Assembly (NCBI GenBank): GCA_900551365.1
Contig: URVZ01000001.1
Span: 17,393 to 81,392, forward strand
Source: an uncultured Collinsella sp.
Lineage (GTDB): Bacteria > Actinomycetota > Coriobacteriia > Coriobacteriales > Coriobacteriaceae
Direction of reading: 5' to 3'
DNA length: 64,000 nt
This document shows, one piece after another, positions 9,419 through 17,471 of this stretch; position 1 is the first letter of the stretch, and each line of letters starts with the position of its first letter. Position numbers and translations under genes: made by a program. The notes under the pieces were generated by a model, which did not search any database, was not told the DNA's origin, and saw only the letters and a program-made list of their open reading frames with translations.

Positions 9419-10609
9419 GTGCCTTCTGTGAACTCCGAGCAAAGGCGGGCGGCGCGCCGGAAGCGCCGCGAGGAGAAGCGGGCCAAGGCAAAGGCCGAGC
9501 GCGTCAAGGCGTGCACGCTTGAGACGGTGGCCGACCTCAACAGCCTGTGCAAGGCTTCCAAGCAGGCCGCGCGGGGCGTCATGTGGAAGTCGTCCACGCA
9601 GCGGTACATGAGAAGCTACCTGCGCAACGCCGTCCTGTCCCGCCGCGACCTTTTGGAGGGCCGCGACATATGCCGGGGCTTCATCCGCTTCGACCTGTGG
9701 GAGCGCGGCAAGCTGCGCCACATCAGCGCCGTGCACTTTCCCGAGCGCGTGGTGCAGAAGTCGCTGTCGCAGAACGCGCTCGTGCCCGCGATCGTGCCCA
9801 CCCTCATAGCCGCGAACTCCGCGAACATAAAGGGGCGCGGCACCGACTACGCCCTGAAGCTGCTCAAGCGCCACCTGGCCGACCACTGGAGGCGGCACGG
9901 CCGCGAGGGCTACATACTGCTCGGCGACTTCTCCGACTACTTCGCGCGCATAGCGCACCAACCCGTCAAAGACCAGGTGGCCTCCGCGCTGCTAGATCCG
10001 CGCGTGGTCGCCTTGGAGCACCGCCTGATAGACGCGCAGGGCGATGTGGGCCTGGGGCTGGGCAGCGAGCCGAACCAGATATGCGCCGTGGCCCACCCCA
10101 ACCGCATCGACCACTATGTGACCGAGATGCTGCGCCCCGAGTCTTACGGGCGCTACATGGACGACTTCTACCTGATACACGAGTCCAAGGACTACCTGCA
10201 GGTGTGCCTGCTGCTGATAGAGGGCAAATGCGCCGAGCTGGGCATCGAGCTGAACCCGCGCAAGACGCGCGTGGTGAAGCTCACGCGCGGGTTCACGTGG
10301 CTGAAGAAGCGCATCTTCTACACGGAGAAGGGCCGCATAGTCGTGAAGCCGTGCCGAGACTCCATAACGCGGGAGCGCCGCAAGCTCAAGAAGATGGCCC
10401 GCATGGTCGCCGATGGCGTCATGACCCCCGAGCAGGTGGAGCAGGGCTACCAGAGCTGGCGCGGAGGCATGAAACGGCTGGACGCGCACCGCAGCGTGCG
10501 GGCCATGGACGCGCTGTACAGCAGCCTGTTCGGAAATCTCGCGCAGGGGGGGTGCTCAATGCAGGCCAACCCGAGGGACGATTCAAGCGGAAGCAAGACC
10601 TCGCAATAG
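9419..10609 (+). CDS. DGR reverse transcriptase
   Basis: RT motifs 'ERGKLRHI', 'ERVVQ', 'NIKGRGT', 'DFSDYF', 'GLGLGSEPNQ' and catalytic 'RYMDDF', with a basic N-terminus. Adjacent to TR. The start may be GTG 9428. Confidence 0.95.
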   Translation: MPSVNSEQRRAARRKRREEKRAKAKAERVKACTLETVADLNSLCKASKQAARGVMWKSSTQRYMRSYLRNAVLSRRDLLEGRDICRGFIRFDLWERGKLRHISAVHFPERVVQKSLSQNALVPAIVPTLIAANSANIKGRGTDYALKLLKRHLADHWRRHGREGYILLGDFSDYFARIAHQPVKDQVASALLDPRVVALEHRLIDAQGDVGLGLGSEPNQICAVAHPNRIDHYVTEMLRPESYGRYMDDFYLIHESKDYLQVCLLLIEGKCAELGIELNPRKTRVVKLTRGFTWLKKRIFYTEKGRIVVKPCRDSITRERRKLKKMARMVADGVMTPEQVEQGYQSWRGGMKRLDAHRSVRAMDALYSSLFGNLAQGGCSMQANPRDDSSGSKTSQ

Positions 10610-10671
10610 CGGAGAACCGGCAACTCAAAGCAGCGGCCTAAGCGAAGCGGCTGCGAAATAACAGATGCATC

Positions 10672-10702
10672 GAAGGCGTGCTGCTGCGCGCCTTCTTTCT
10701 TT
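10672..10702 (+). terminator. Rho-independent terminator after RT
   Basis: GAAGGCGTGC-tgct-GCGCGCCTTC (one G-U pair) followed by TTTCTTT. Confidence 0.7.
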
Positions 10703-10779
10703 GCGCCCATCAAAGCGGCTCGGCAATCTCACGGCGACAATACGATGGCGGCACATTCTCCGACAAGAGAGGAGTCCGC

Positions 10780-11106
10780 ATGGACACTGAGGAAGACATG
10801 CCGCGCCCCAACGAGCTTCAAGATGACACCATGGCCGAGGTCAACGCCCTGCGCGATCTGCTGTCGCAGATCGGCGACTCTGACGCGGCGCACGACGCGG
10901 GCGTTATCGACGATGACGAGTACGCTGAGCGGAAGGCGCGAAAGCTCGCCTACACCGCGGCGCTCGCCGCCTACGACAGAGGCGAGACGCCCGACGTGCC
11001 GGCGCTGCTCGGCCAGATGCGCGAGCGGGCGTCGAAGCCGACGCAGACCGAGCAGAACGCGGCGAACATCGACTACCTGCTCATGACGGTCGGAGGTGAC
11101 CAGTAA
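10780..11106 (+). CDS. Phage hypothetical protein preceding XkdX
   Basis: SD GAGGAG, ATG 10780, acidic protein ending 'NAANIDYLLMTVGG'; its stop overlaps the next start. Confidence 0.7.
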   Translation: MDTEEDMPRPNELQDDTMAEVNALRDLLSQIGDSDAAHDAGVIDDDEYAERKARKLAYTAALAAYDRGETPDVPALLGQMRERASKPTQTEQNAANIDYLLMTVGGDQ

Positions 11107-11273
11107 TGCCGACGAAGAAGACCGACGAGCACTCCAAGCACTTCGCGCTCGTCAAGAAGTACTACGACCGACCTCTCTGGAGCAAGGCGCGAGTGCATAA
11201 GGCCGTCGAGTGCAAGTGGATTACCGCCGACGAGTACAAGGAGATCACCGGCGAGGAGTACACGGCCGAATAG
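11106..11273 (+). CDS. XkdX-family small phage protein (55 aa, absent from ORF track)
   Basis: MPTKKTDEHSKHFALVKKYYDRPLWSKARVHKAVECKWITADEYKEITGEEYTAE; contains the 'IT.DEYKEITG' signature; GGAGG SD. Confidence 0.85.
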   Translation: MPTKKTDEHSKHFALVKKYYDRPLWSKARVHKAVECKWITADEYKEITGEEYTAE

Positions 11274-11293
11274 GCGGAAGGAGGGCGCTCAGG

Positions 11294-11707
11294 ATGGAAG
11301 TGCTCAAGCTATTTGCGCCTTACGGTCCAGGGTGGCTCGGCGGCGTCCTGCTCGGCCTCATATCGTTTTACTTCGGCCGCCAATTTTTGGACGAGTACAA
11401 ACGCCAAAACCAACGGAAGGGCGAGCTCGACTTGAAGCGCGAGGAGCGCAAGCAGGCCGAAGTCGACGAGAGGGCGCAGCGCGACCGCGAGCGGTCCGAG
11501 ATGGAGGGCCGCATCGCCGCGCAGATGGAGCGAAGCAACAGCCTCATGGAGGCCATGAAGACTCTCATGGAGTCGGTCGTGGCGTCCAACGAGGTCCTGC
11601 ACAACGACCTGGCCCACAGCCAAGCGCGCAGCCAGGGAATGGCGGAGAAGGTCGACCACATCTGCGACCGCGTCGACCTGATCTACAGCAAGGAATCCGA
11701 CAGATAG
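11294..11707 (+). CDS. Membrane-anchored coiled-coil protein (holin/lysis accessory)
   Basis: SD GGAGG, one N-terminal TM helix followed by a charged coiled coil; lies upstream of holin and endolysin. Confidence 0.65.
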   Translation: MEVLKLFAPYGPGWLGGVLLGLISFYFGRQFLDEYKRQNQRKGELDLKREERKQAEVDERAQRDRERSEMEGRIAAQMERSNSLMEAMKTLMESVVASNEVLHNDLAHSQARSQGMAEKVDHICDRVDLIYSKESDR

Positions 11708-11717
11708 GAGCAATCGA

Positions 11718-12023
11718 ATGACAGGGATTCAGGCGGGCCTCACGGTGTGCACGGTGCTGGTCGTGCCGTACATCGTGCAGGCCATCAAGACGAAGGCGAT
11801 GACGGGCAATGTCGCCCGCTGGACGGCCATCGCCGTCTCGGCGGGATGCGGCGCCCTCACGGCCATGTCGGGCGGCGTCCCGACCGAACCCTCGGCGTGG
11901 GTGACGTCAATCTTCGCCGCGGTAGGCGGCGTGCAGGTGGCCTACGCGGCCTTCAAATCGGTCGGCATCACGGACAAATGGCTGGACGCCCTTCTGGCGC
12001 TCGGCGACATCAAGGAGGACTAA
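11718..12023 (+). CDS. Putative holin
   Basis: 101 aa with about three hydrophobic segments and a charged C-terminus, immediately before the endolysin. Confidence 0.75.
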   Translation: MTGIQAGLTVCTVLVVPYIVQAIKTKAMTGNVARWTAIAVSAGCGALTAMSGGVPTEPSAWVTSIFAAVGGVQVAYAAFKSVGITDKWLDALLALGDIKED

Positions 12024-12024
12024 C

Positions 12025-13089
12025 ATGGCAGACTTCGCGAACGTCCAACCGGACGAGTACAAGCTTCTGGGGCGCAACTTCTCCGCAGGCCGCCCGTTCG
12101 GCATCAGGGGCGTGACCATCCACCACATGGCCGGCGACCTCAACGCCGGCCAGTGCAACGGCATCTGGGGTGCCAACGGCTGCTCGGCGCACTACTCGGT
12201 CGACCGCAACGGCTACATCGTGCAGCACGTCAACGACACCGACCGCGCCTACGCCTGCGGCGACGGAATCGGCACCGGGCGCGGCAACGACACGACCATC
12301 TCCATCGAGCACGCTAACAGCGGCAGCAACCCGTGGACGGTCCACGAGAAGGCAATCGAAAGCGGCGCGCACCTTGTCGCAGCGCTGTGCCTGTACTACA
12401 ACCTCGGTCGCCCCGAGTGGTGCAAGAACGTGTTCCCGCACCGCTATTGGAGCGCCACAGCCTGCCCCGGCGAGCTTGCGGGCTCGCAGCGCGACCATTA
12501 CATGCAGCGCGCCCAGGCGTGGTACGACGCGATGAAGGGCGGCAAGGCACCCGCTCCCTCCGCCGCCGCCAAGCCTGCCGCGGCAAAGCCCGCCCAGGCG
12601 GCATCCGGCGGCTTCTCGAAGGCATCCGGCAAGCGCATCCCCGTCCACTACTCCCTCCACCTCAAGGGCGGCGGCTGGCTGGACGAGGTGACGGACTTCG
12701 GCGCCGGGGACAACGGCTTTGCAGGGTATCCGTGCCGACAGCACGACCTGCTGTGCGCACGCGTCGACCGCGGCACGCTCAAGTATCAGGTGCATACTAT
12801 CGAGGACGGCTGGCTCGACTGGGTCGCCAAGGGCGACCGCAACGATACCGTCAACGGCTGCGCGGGCATTGCCGGCCATACCATCGACGGTGTGCGCATG
12901 TACTATGTGACTCCGAGCGGCGAGGAATACAAGCAGGCATATTATCGCTCGCAGACCACCGTACGCGCTGGGTGGCTCGATACCGTGTGCGACGATGGTT
13001 CCACCTATGGCGGCGATGATTACGCCGGTTTCTTCGGCGAGCCGCTCGACCGTTTGCAGGTCTGCGTCACCGACGGCAACCCGTACTAG
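12025..13089 (+). CDS. Endolysin, N-acetylmuramoyl-L-alanine amidase (Amidase_2-like) with C-terminal Trp-repeat binding domain
   Basis: 'TIHHMA', 'SAHYSV', 'ISIEHAN' and '[12 protein letters not shown]' amidase motifs, a Pro/Ala/Lys linker, then three 'Y..H/Q....GWLD.V' repeats. Confidence 0.88.
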   Translation: MADFANVQPDEYKLLGRNFSAGRPFGIRGVTIHHMAGDLNAGQCNGIWGANGCSAHYSVDRNGYIVQHVNDTDRAYACGDGIGTGRGNDTTISIEHANSGSNPWTVHEKAIESGAHLVAALCLYYNLGRPEWCKNVFPHRYWSATACPGELAGSQRDHYMQRAQAWYDAMKGGKAPAPSAAAKPAAAKPAQAASGGFSKASGKRIPVHYSLHLKGGGWLDEVTDFGAGDNGFAGYPCRQHDLLCARVDRGTLKYQVHTIEDGWLDWVAKGDRNDTVNGCAGIAGHTIDGVRMYYVTPSGEEYKQAYYRSQTTVRAGWLDTVCDDGSTYGGDDYAGFFGEPLDRLQVCVTDGNPY

Positions 13090-13090
13090 C

Positions 13091-13180
13091 ATGATCGCGC
13101 TGGCATTCGTCCTCGGCTCGCTCTTCGGCGGCACCGTGGCGACAATCGGGCTCTGCATCGTGAGCATCAACCGGCATTAG
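13091..13180 (+). CDS. 29-aa hydrophobic peptide after endolysin
   Basis: [32 protein letters not shown] 1 nt after the lysin stop, and ends just before the terminator. Confidence 0.55.
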   Translation: MIALAFVLGSLFGGTVATIGLCIVSINRH

Positions 13181-13184
13181 CCGC

Positions 13185-13217
13185 AGCCCGCTCGGGTTAT
13201 CCCGGGCGGGCTTTTTT
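13185..13217 (+). terminator. Terminator of phage lysis operon
   Basis: AGCCCGCTCGGG-ttat-CCCGGGCGGGCT followed by a T run. Confidence 0.85.
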
Positions 13218-13288
13218 CTCGAGAAAAGGTGTTGCTACGCCGCCCGTGGTATCCTGAGCAGCACGACGGTCCCAACGGCGCAGATCTC

Positions 13289-13341
13289 GGTTCTAGAATC
13301 TATGCAGACGGGGCACCATCGAACGTAAGACCGTCCGAACC
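13289..13341. other. Candidate prophage attR (tRNA 3'-end-like core GGGGCACCA at 13310-13318)
   Basis: CCA-ending core at the phage/host boundary, flanked by inverted GGTTC/GAACC and followed by a terminator. attL is not visible, so this is unconfirmed. Confidence 0.45.
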
Positions 13342-13366
13342 TCGCATGGTCCGGGCGGTTTTTCTT
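13328..13366 (+). terminator. Hairpin plus T tract upstream of P-type ATPase
   Basis: AGACCGTCCGAACC-tcgcat-GGTCCGGGCGGTTT then TTCTT. Confidence 0.65.
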
Positions 13367-13394
13367 ATACCGACGCGACGTGATGGGACGTGGT

Positions 13395-16118
13395 ATGGCA
13401 GCAACGGATATCGAGCGCGGACTCTCGACCGCCGAGGTTGAGGAGCGCATCGCCGCCGGTAAGATCAACCGCAACATGGAGCTCAAGACCAAGTCGGTCA
13501 AAGAGCTCATCATCGAGAACCTCTGCACGTTGTTCAATTTGATCAACGTGATCTTGGCGTTCCTGGTCATTTTGACCGGTTCGTTTAAGAATCTGACGTT
13601 CCTGTTCGTGGTGTTCCTCAATACCGCTATTGGCGTCATTCAGTCCATGCGTTCCAAGAAGATGGTCGATAAGCTCACGCTGCTGACCTCCAAGAAGGCC
13701 ATCGCGGTGCGCGACGGCGCCGAGGTGGAGCTCGACCTGGACCAGATCGTGCTCGACGACATCATCCGCTTGGGGCGCGGCGACCAGATTCCCGCCGACG
13801 CCGTGGTGGTGTCGGGCGAGGCGCTCGTGAACGAGAGCCTGCTGACGGGCGAGAGCGACCTTATTAAGAAACAGCCAGGCTCTGAGCTCATGAGCGGCAG
13901 CTTTATCGACTCGGGCCTGCTGCGCGCCCGCGTGATCCATGTCGGCGCCGACAACTACGTGGCCAAAATTAATAACGAGGCCAAGTACGTCAAAAAGGTT
14001 AATTCCGAGATCATGAACGCGCTGAACGCCATCGTGCGCTTTGCGAGCATCATCATGATCCCGCTCGGTTTGGCGTTGTTTGCCTCGAGTGTGAGCGAGC
14101 TGTGGGATGCCGCGGGAACCCCGGGCGATAGCGCGCTTTCGTGGTGCTTCTCCGAGCTGTTGGCCGGTCATGTGCCTTCGTCGGCGCTGCTGTCCACGGT
14201 GGGCGCCCTGCTGGGTATGATCCCGCAAGGCCTGGTGCTGCTGACTTCGTCGGTGCTCGCCATCGCCACGGTGCGCCTGGCCCGCCGCAAGGTGCTGGCA
14301 CAGCAGCTCTACTGCATCGAGACACTCGCTCGCGTCGACGTGCTGTGCCTGGACAAGACGGGCACCATCACGTCGGGCCGTATGGAGGTCGAGGGCACGT
14401 ATCCGCTGCCTGTTGAGGGTGTTGGCTTTGGCGTGGACTCGGACGAGGCGGCTGTTCCCGTCGATACCACAGTGCTCGATTTTGCGCTGGCTAACGTGGC
14501 ACGTGCGACTTCGGCCGATGCCAACGAGACCTGCCAGGCGCTGCTCAACTATTACGCCGATCGCCCGGTCGAGGTGTCCGAGCCGCTGTCGGTCATTCCA
14601 TTCTCGTCGTCTAAAAAATGGAGCGGCGCTTCTTTTGCGCAGGGCTCCTACGTAATGGGCGCCGCGCAATTTGTGCTCTCTGATCGTGCGTTTGCCCAGG
14701 TCGAGAACCGTGTCGCCGAGCTTGCCGATACCTGCCGCGTGCTCGTGGTGGCGCGCGTGGACGGCTTTACGCCCGATGGGGATATGGTGGGCGAGGCCGA
14801 GCCCGTGGGATTTGTGACCATCCGCGACGAGATTCGTACCTCGGCGGCCGAGACCATCGGCTACTTTAACGAGCAGGGCGTGACCCTCAACGTGATCAGC
14901 GGCGACGACCCGCGTACGGTGTCGTCGATCGCGCGCGTGGTGGGCGTGCCGGGGGCGGACGCTTATGTGGACGCCACGACGCTCGATACGCCGGCCAAGC
15001 TCGATGCCGCAGTGGACCGCTACCATGTCTTTGGTCGTGTGACCCCGCAGCAGAAGCGCGAGCTCGTGCAGGCGCTCAAGCGCCGCGAGCACACCGTGGC
15101 CATGACGGGCGACGGCGTCAACGACGTGCTGGCGCTCAAGGAGGCCGACTGCTCCGTCGCCATGGCGGCCGGCTCCGATGCCGCGCGTAATGTGGCCGAA
15201 ATCGTACTCGTCGACAACGATTTTGCCTCGATGCCCGCCGTGGTGGCCGAGGGCCGTCGCTCCATCAACAACCTGCAGCGTTCGGCCTCACTGTTCCTGA
15301 CCAAGACGCTGTTCTCGATGGGCCTGGCGGCGCTGTGTATCGCGCTGCCGCCGTACCCCTTCGAGCCCATCCAGATGACGCTCATTAACTTCTTCTGCAT
15401 CGGCGCGCCGGGCTTTGTGTTGGGCCTGGAGCCCAACAATGCTCGTGTGAAGGGTGCGTTTTTGAGCAACGTACTCAAGCGTGCACTGCCGGCGTCGATT
15501 GCGGTCATTTTGGCTGCGGCGCTCGACATCTTTGTGGCGCGCGTGTTTGGCTTTAGCCAGCTCACGCTGTCTACGATGTGCCTGCTTACGTCGTGCGCGG
15601 CGAGCGTCAGCCTAATCTGGCGCATCTCGCAGCCTCTCACGCCCTTACGTGTGGTGCTCTTTGTGTTTGTAGTCGCCGGCATCCTGGTGGGCGTTATCGG
15701 ATTCCCGGAGCTGCTGTCTATTGCCAACCTGTCGATGGGCCAGATGGTTATCTTGGCTGTTATCGTGGTCTTTACCTGCTCGGTGTTCTTTAAGCTCGCC
15801 ACGATGATGGATTCGCTCAAGCCGCGTCGTCGTCATGCCGCAACTGGTTTTGGCCGCGGTGTGCGCGTCCGCCTGGGTCGCGGTGGCGGCAAGGTGAGCT
15901 CGACGGGCTCGACGGCCGAACGTTTTGCCAAGCGCGTCGCCGCCGACATGGCGCAGCGCCGCGAAGATCGCACCGCTCGCGAGGCCGAGGCCCGCGCACT
16001 CGAGGGCGTGGCCCAGGCCCAGCCCAAGAAAAAGAAGAGTACCGGAGCTAAGCGCTCTCGTGTGACCAAGTCCGCCCAAGGCATCAAAGTCTCGATGCCA
16101 AGAAAAAAGAAGAAGTAG
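13395..16118 (+). CDS. Cation-transporting P-type ATPase (CtpE-like)
   Basis: TGES, DKTGT, GDGVND and 'EGRRSINN' motifs with multiple TM helices. Confidence 0.93.
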   Translation: MAATDIERGLSTAEVEERIAAGKINRNMELKTKSVKELIIENLCTLFNLINVILAFLVILTGSFKNLTFLFVVFLNTAIGVIQSMRSKKMVDKLTLLTSKKAIAVRDGAEVELDLDQIVLDDIIRLGRGDQIPADAVVVSGEALVNESLLTGESDLIKKQPGSELMSGSFIDSGLLRARVIHVGADNYVAKINNEAKYVKKVNSEIMNALNAIVRFASIIMIPLGLALFASSVSELWDAAGTPGDSALSWCFSELLAGHVPSSALLSTVGALLGMIPQGLVLLTSSVLAIATVRLARRKVLAQQLYCIETLARVDVLCLDKTGTITSGRMEVEGTYPLPVEGVGFGVDSDEAAVPVDTTVLDFALANVARATSADANETCQALLNYYADRPVEVSEPLSVIPFSSSKKWSGASFAQGSYVMGAAQFVLSDRAFAQVENRVAELADTCRVLVVARVDGFTPDGDMVGEAEPVGFVTIRDEIRTSAAETIGYFNEQGVTLNVISGDDPRTVSSIARVVGVPGADAYVDATTLDTPAKLDAAVDRYHVFGRVTPQQKRELVQALKRREHTVAMTGDGVNDVLALKEADCSVAMAAGSDAARNVAEIVLVDNDFASMPAVVAEGRRSINNLQRSASLFLTKTLFSMGLAALCIALPPYPFEPIQMTLINFFCIGAPGFVLGLEPNNARVKGAFLSNVLKRALPASIAVILAAALDIFVARVFGFSQLTLSTMCLLTSCAASVSLIWRISQPLTPLRVVLFVFVVAGILVGVIGFPELLSIANLSMGQMVILAVIVVFTCSVFFKLATMMDSLKPRRRHAATGFGRGVRVRLGRGGGKVSSTGSTAERFAKRVAADMAQRREDRTAREAEARALEGVAQAQPKKKKSTGAKRSRVTKSAQGIKVSMPRKKKK

Positions 16119-16221
16119 CTACGCGCCCTGGCGATGTTGAATTGGTGCCTTGTTCCTGTGGGGCCGTGGCGATGTTATGCTCTAACCTCGATTGTTTGAA
16201 TTGCTTCGAAAAGAGGATGCC

Positions 16222-17364
16222 GTGATCTGCCCGCATTGCCTTAAGACTATCGAGGACGGCGCCTCGTTCTGCCCCTACTGCAACGCCTATGTGGGTCCGG
16301 GCGATGGTCCCGAGCACACCGAGTTCGTGTTCTGTGAGGGCTGCGGTGCCCGTCTTTCTCCGCATGATCGCACGTGCCCAAAATGCGGACGCCCTGCTCC
16401 GGGTATCCTCTCCGAGGACGCGGCCGCATCCGACCTGGCAGCGGGCCGCACGGCGGGCTTTCCGCGCCTAACGCAAGAGCAGATCGATACCGAGGTGCCT
16501 CATGCGCCCGCCTCGGCTGCCGCGGTTCTTTCGGACGCCGCCGATCCTAACGAGACCTGCGTACTGCCGGCTTTCGATAAGGATTTCGGTATCCCCAAGG
16601 TCGATATTCCCACGCCCGTTTCCCTGCATGACGATGCTCAAAAACCCAAGCGCAAGGTGCATCCCGACGAGGACGCCTATCACAAGCACAAGCGTCATAT
16701 CCCCAAGCCGCTCATCGTCATCGCGGTCCTTGCCGTCGTTTGCGGCGGTGCCTATTGGTTCGTGACGGCCGATCCCATGGGTGTCATGCCTGCCTTCTAC
16801 GACCAGTTTGGCCAGGCTGCGCAGACGACCTTCCCCACGCGCCAAAAGGGCGAGGCGACTGAGGACGATACCAAGCAGGACGATTCTGCCGAGGTGGTCC
16901 AGGAAGAAACCGTGCTCACCGATGATCAGCTCTATACCAGACTCGACGGTCTGTATCAGACCATCGTGTCCTACGGTGATGAGGACCAGATCGGCGAGGT
17001 CATCGATTCCTTTAACAACGGCTATCTCCGAACGCCGCTGTCCACCCGCCAGGAGCTGTCGCAGAGTGCCTACGCCCTGCGCGACCAGATCAAAAAGACG
17101 CAAGATGAGCTTAACAACCTTAAGTATCAGGACGATACGGTCTATGCGGACGACATCGCCCACTTAAAGCAGCTTGCCGAGTGGATGTACGAGCGTGTCG
17201 ACGTGATCTGTCAGAGCTGGGACATCTCGCTGGCCATTCCCGATGGTGAGTCGATGAGTTCCCACCAAAGCGATATCCTGGCGCCCATCGCGCAGGGCGG
17301 CAACAGCGCACTGAACCAGTACGACGCCAATGTGGGTTCCTGGAAGCCGCAGCAGCGTTCCTAA
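16222..17364 (+). CDS. Zinc-ribbon (double zinc ribbon) membrane protein
   Basis: Four CxxC pairs at the N-terminus, a single TM helix and a helical C-terminal domain. Confidence 0.75.
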   Translation: MICPHCLKTIEDGASFCPYCNAYVGPGDGPEHTEFVFCEGCGARLSPHDRTCPKCGRPAPGILSEDAAASDLAAGRTAGFPRLTQEQIDTEVPHAPASAAAVLSDAADPNETCVLPAFDKDFGIPKVDIPTPVSLHDDAQKPKRKVHPDEDAYHKHKRHIPKPLIVIAVLAVVCGGAYWFVTADPMGVMPAFYDQFGQAAQTTFPTRQKGEATEDDTKQDDSAEVVQEETVLTDDQLYTRLDGLYQTIVSYGDEDQIGEVIDSFNNGYLRTPLSTRQELSQSAYALRDQIKKTQDELNNLKYQDDTVYADDIAHLKQLAEWMYERVDVICQSWDISLAIPDGESMSSHQSDILAPIAQGGNSALNQYDANVGSWKPQQRS

Positions 17365-17471
17365 AATTAGTTCGCCATAGTCGGCATAACCTACGTGCGC
17401 AATTGATGTAAGCGCATGCTTATTGCTACAATTCGTACAAATATGCTTTAAACGCACGAGGAAGGAACCAC

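Larger units (their letters stand above)
1..13318 (+). mobile_element. Prophage (siphovirus-like), right-hand part: tail, DGR and lysis modules
   Basis: Contiguous co-oriented tape measure, Dit, Tal, BppU-like, XkdX, holin and amidase genes. Housekeeping genes begin after ~13.39 kb. The left end is outside the window and the right boundary is inferred. Confidence 0.93.

Noticed and set aside
9063..9431. ORFs of 122 aa and 67 aa overlapping TR
   Set aside because: They are out-of-frame translations of the non-coding TR/spacer that merely mirror VR.
9419..10609. RT as group II intron, retron or Abi RT
   Set aside because: No maturase/endonuclease extension is evident, and the adjacent TR/VR pair with A-only mismatches plus avd identify a DGR.
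10600..10660. tmRNA gene
   Set aside because: There is a tag-like reading frame only; no tRNA-like acceptor/T-arm ends are recognisable.
13261..13320. Intact tRNA gene
   Set aside because: It ends in CCA and has a GGTTC, but no cloverleaf or correct T-arm spacing is present; kept only as an att-core candidate.
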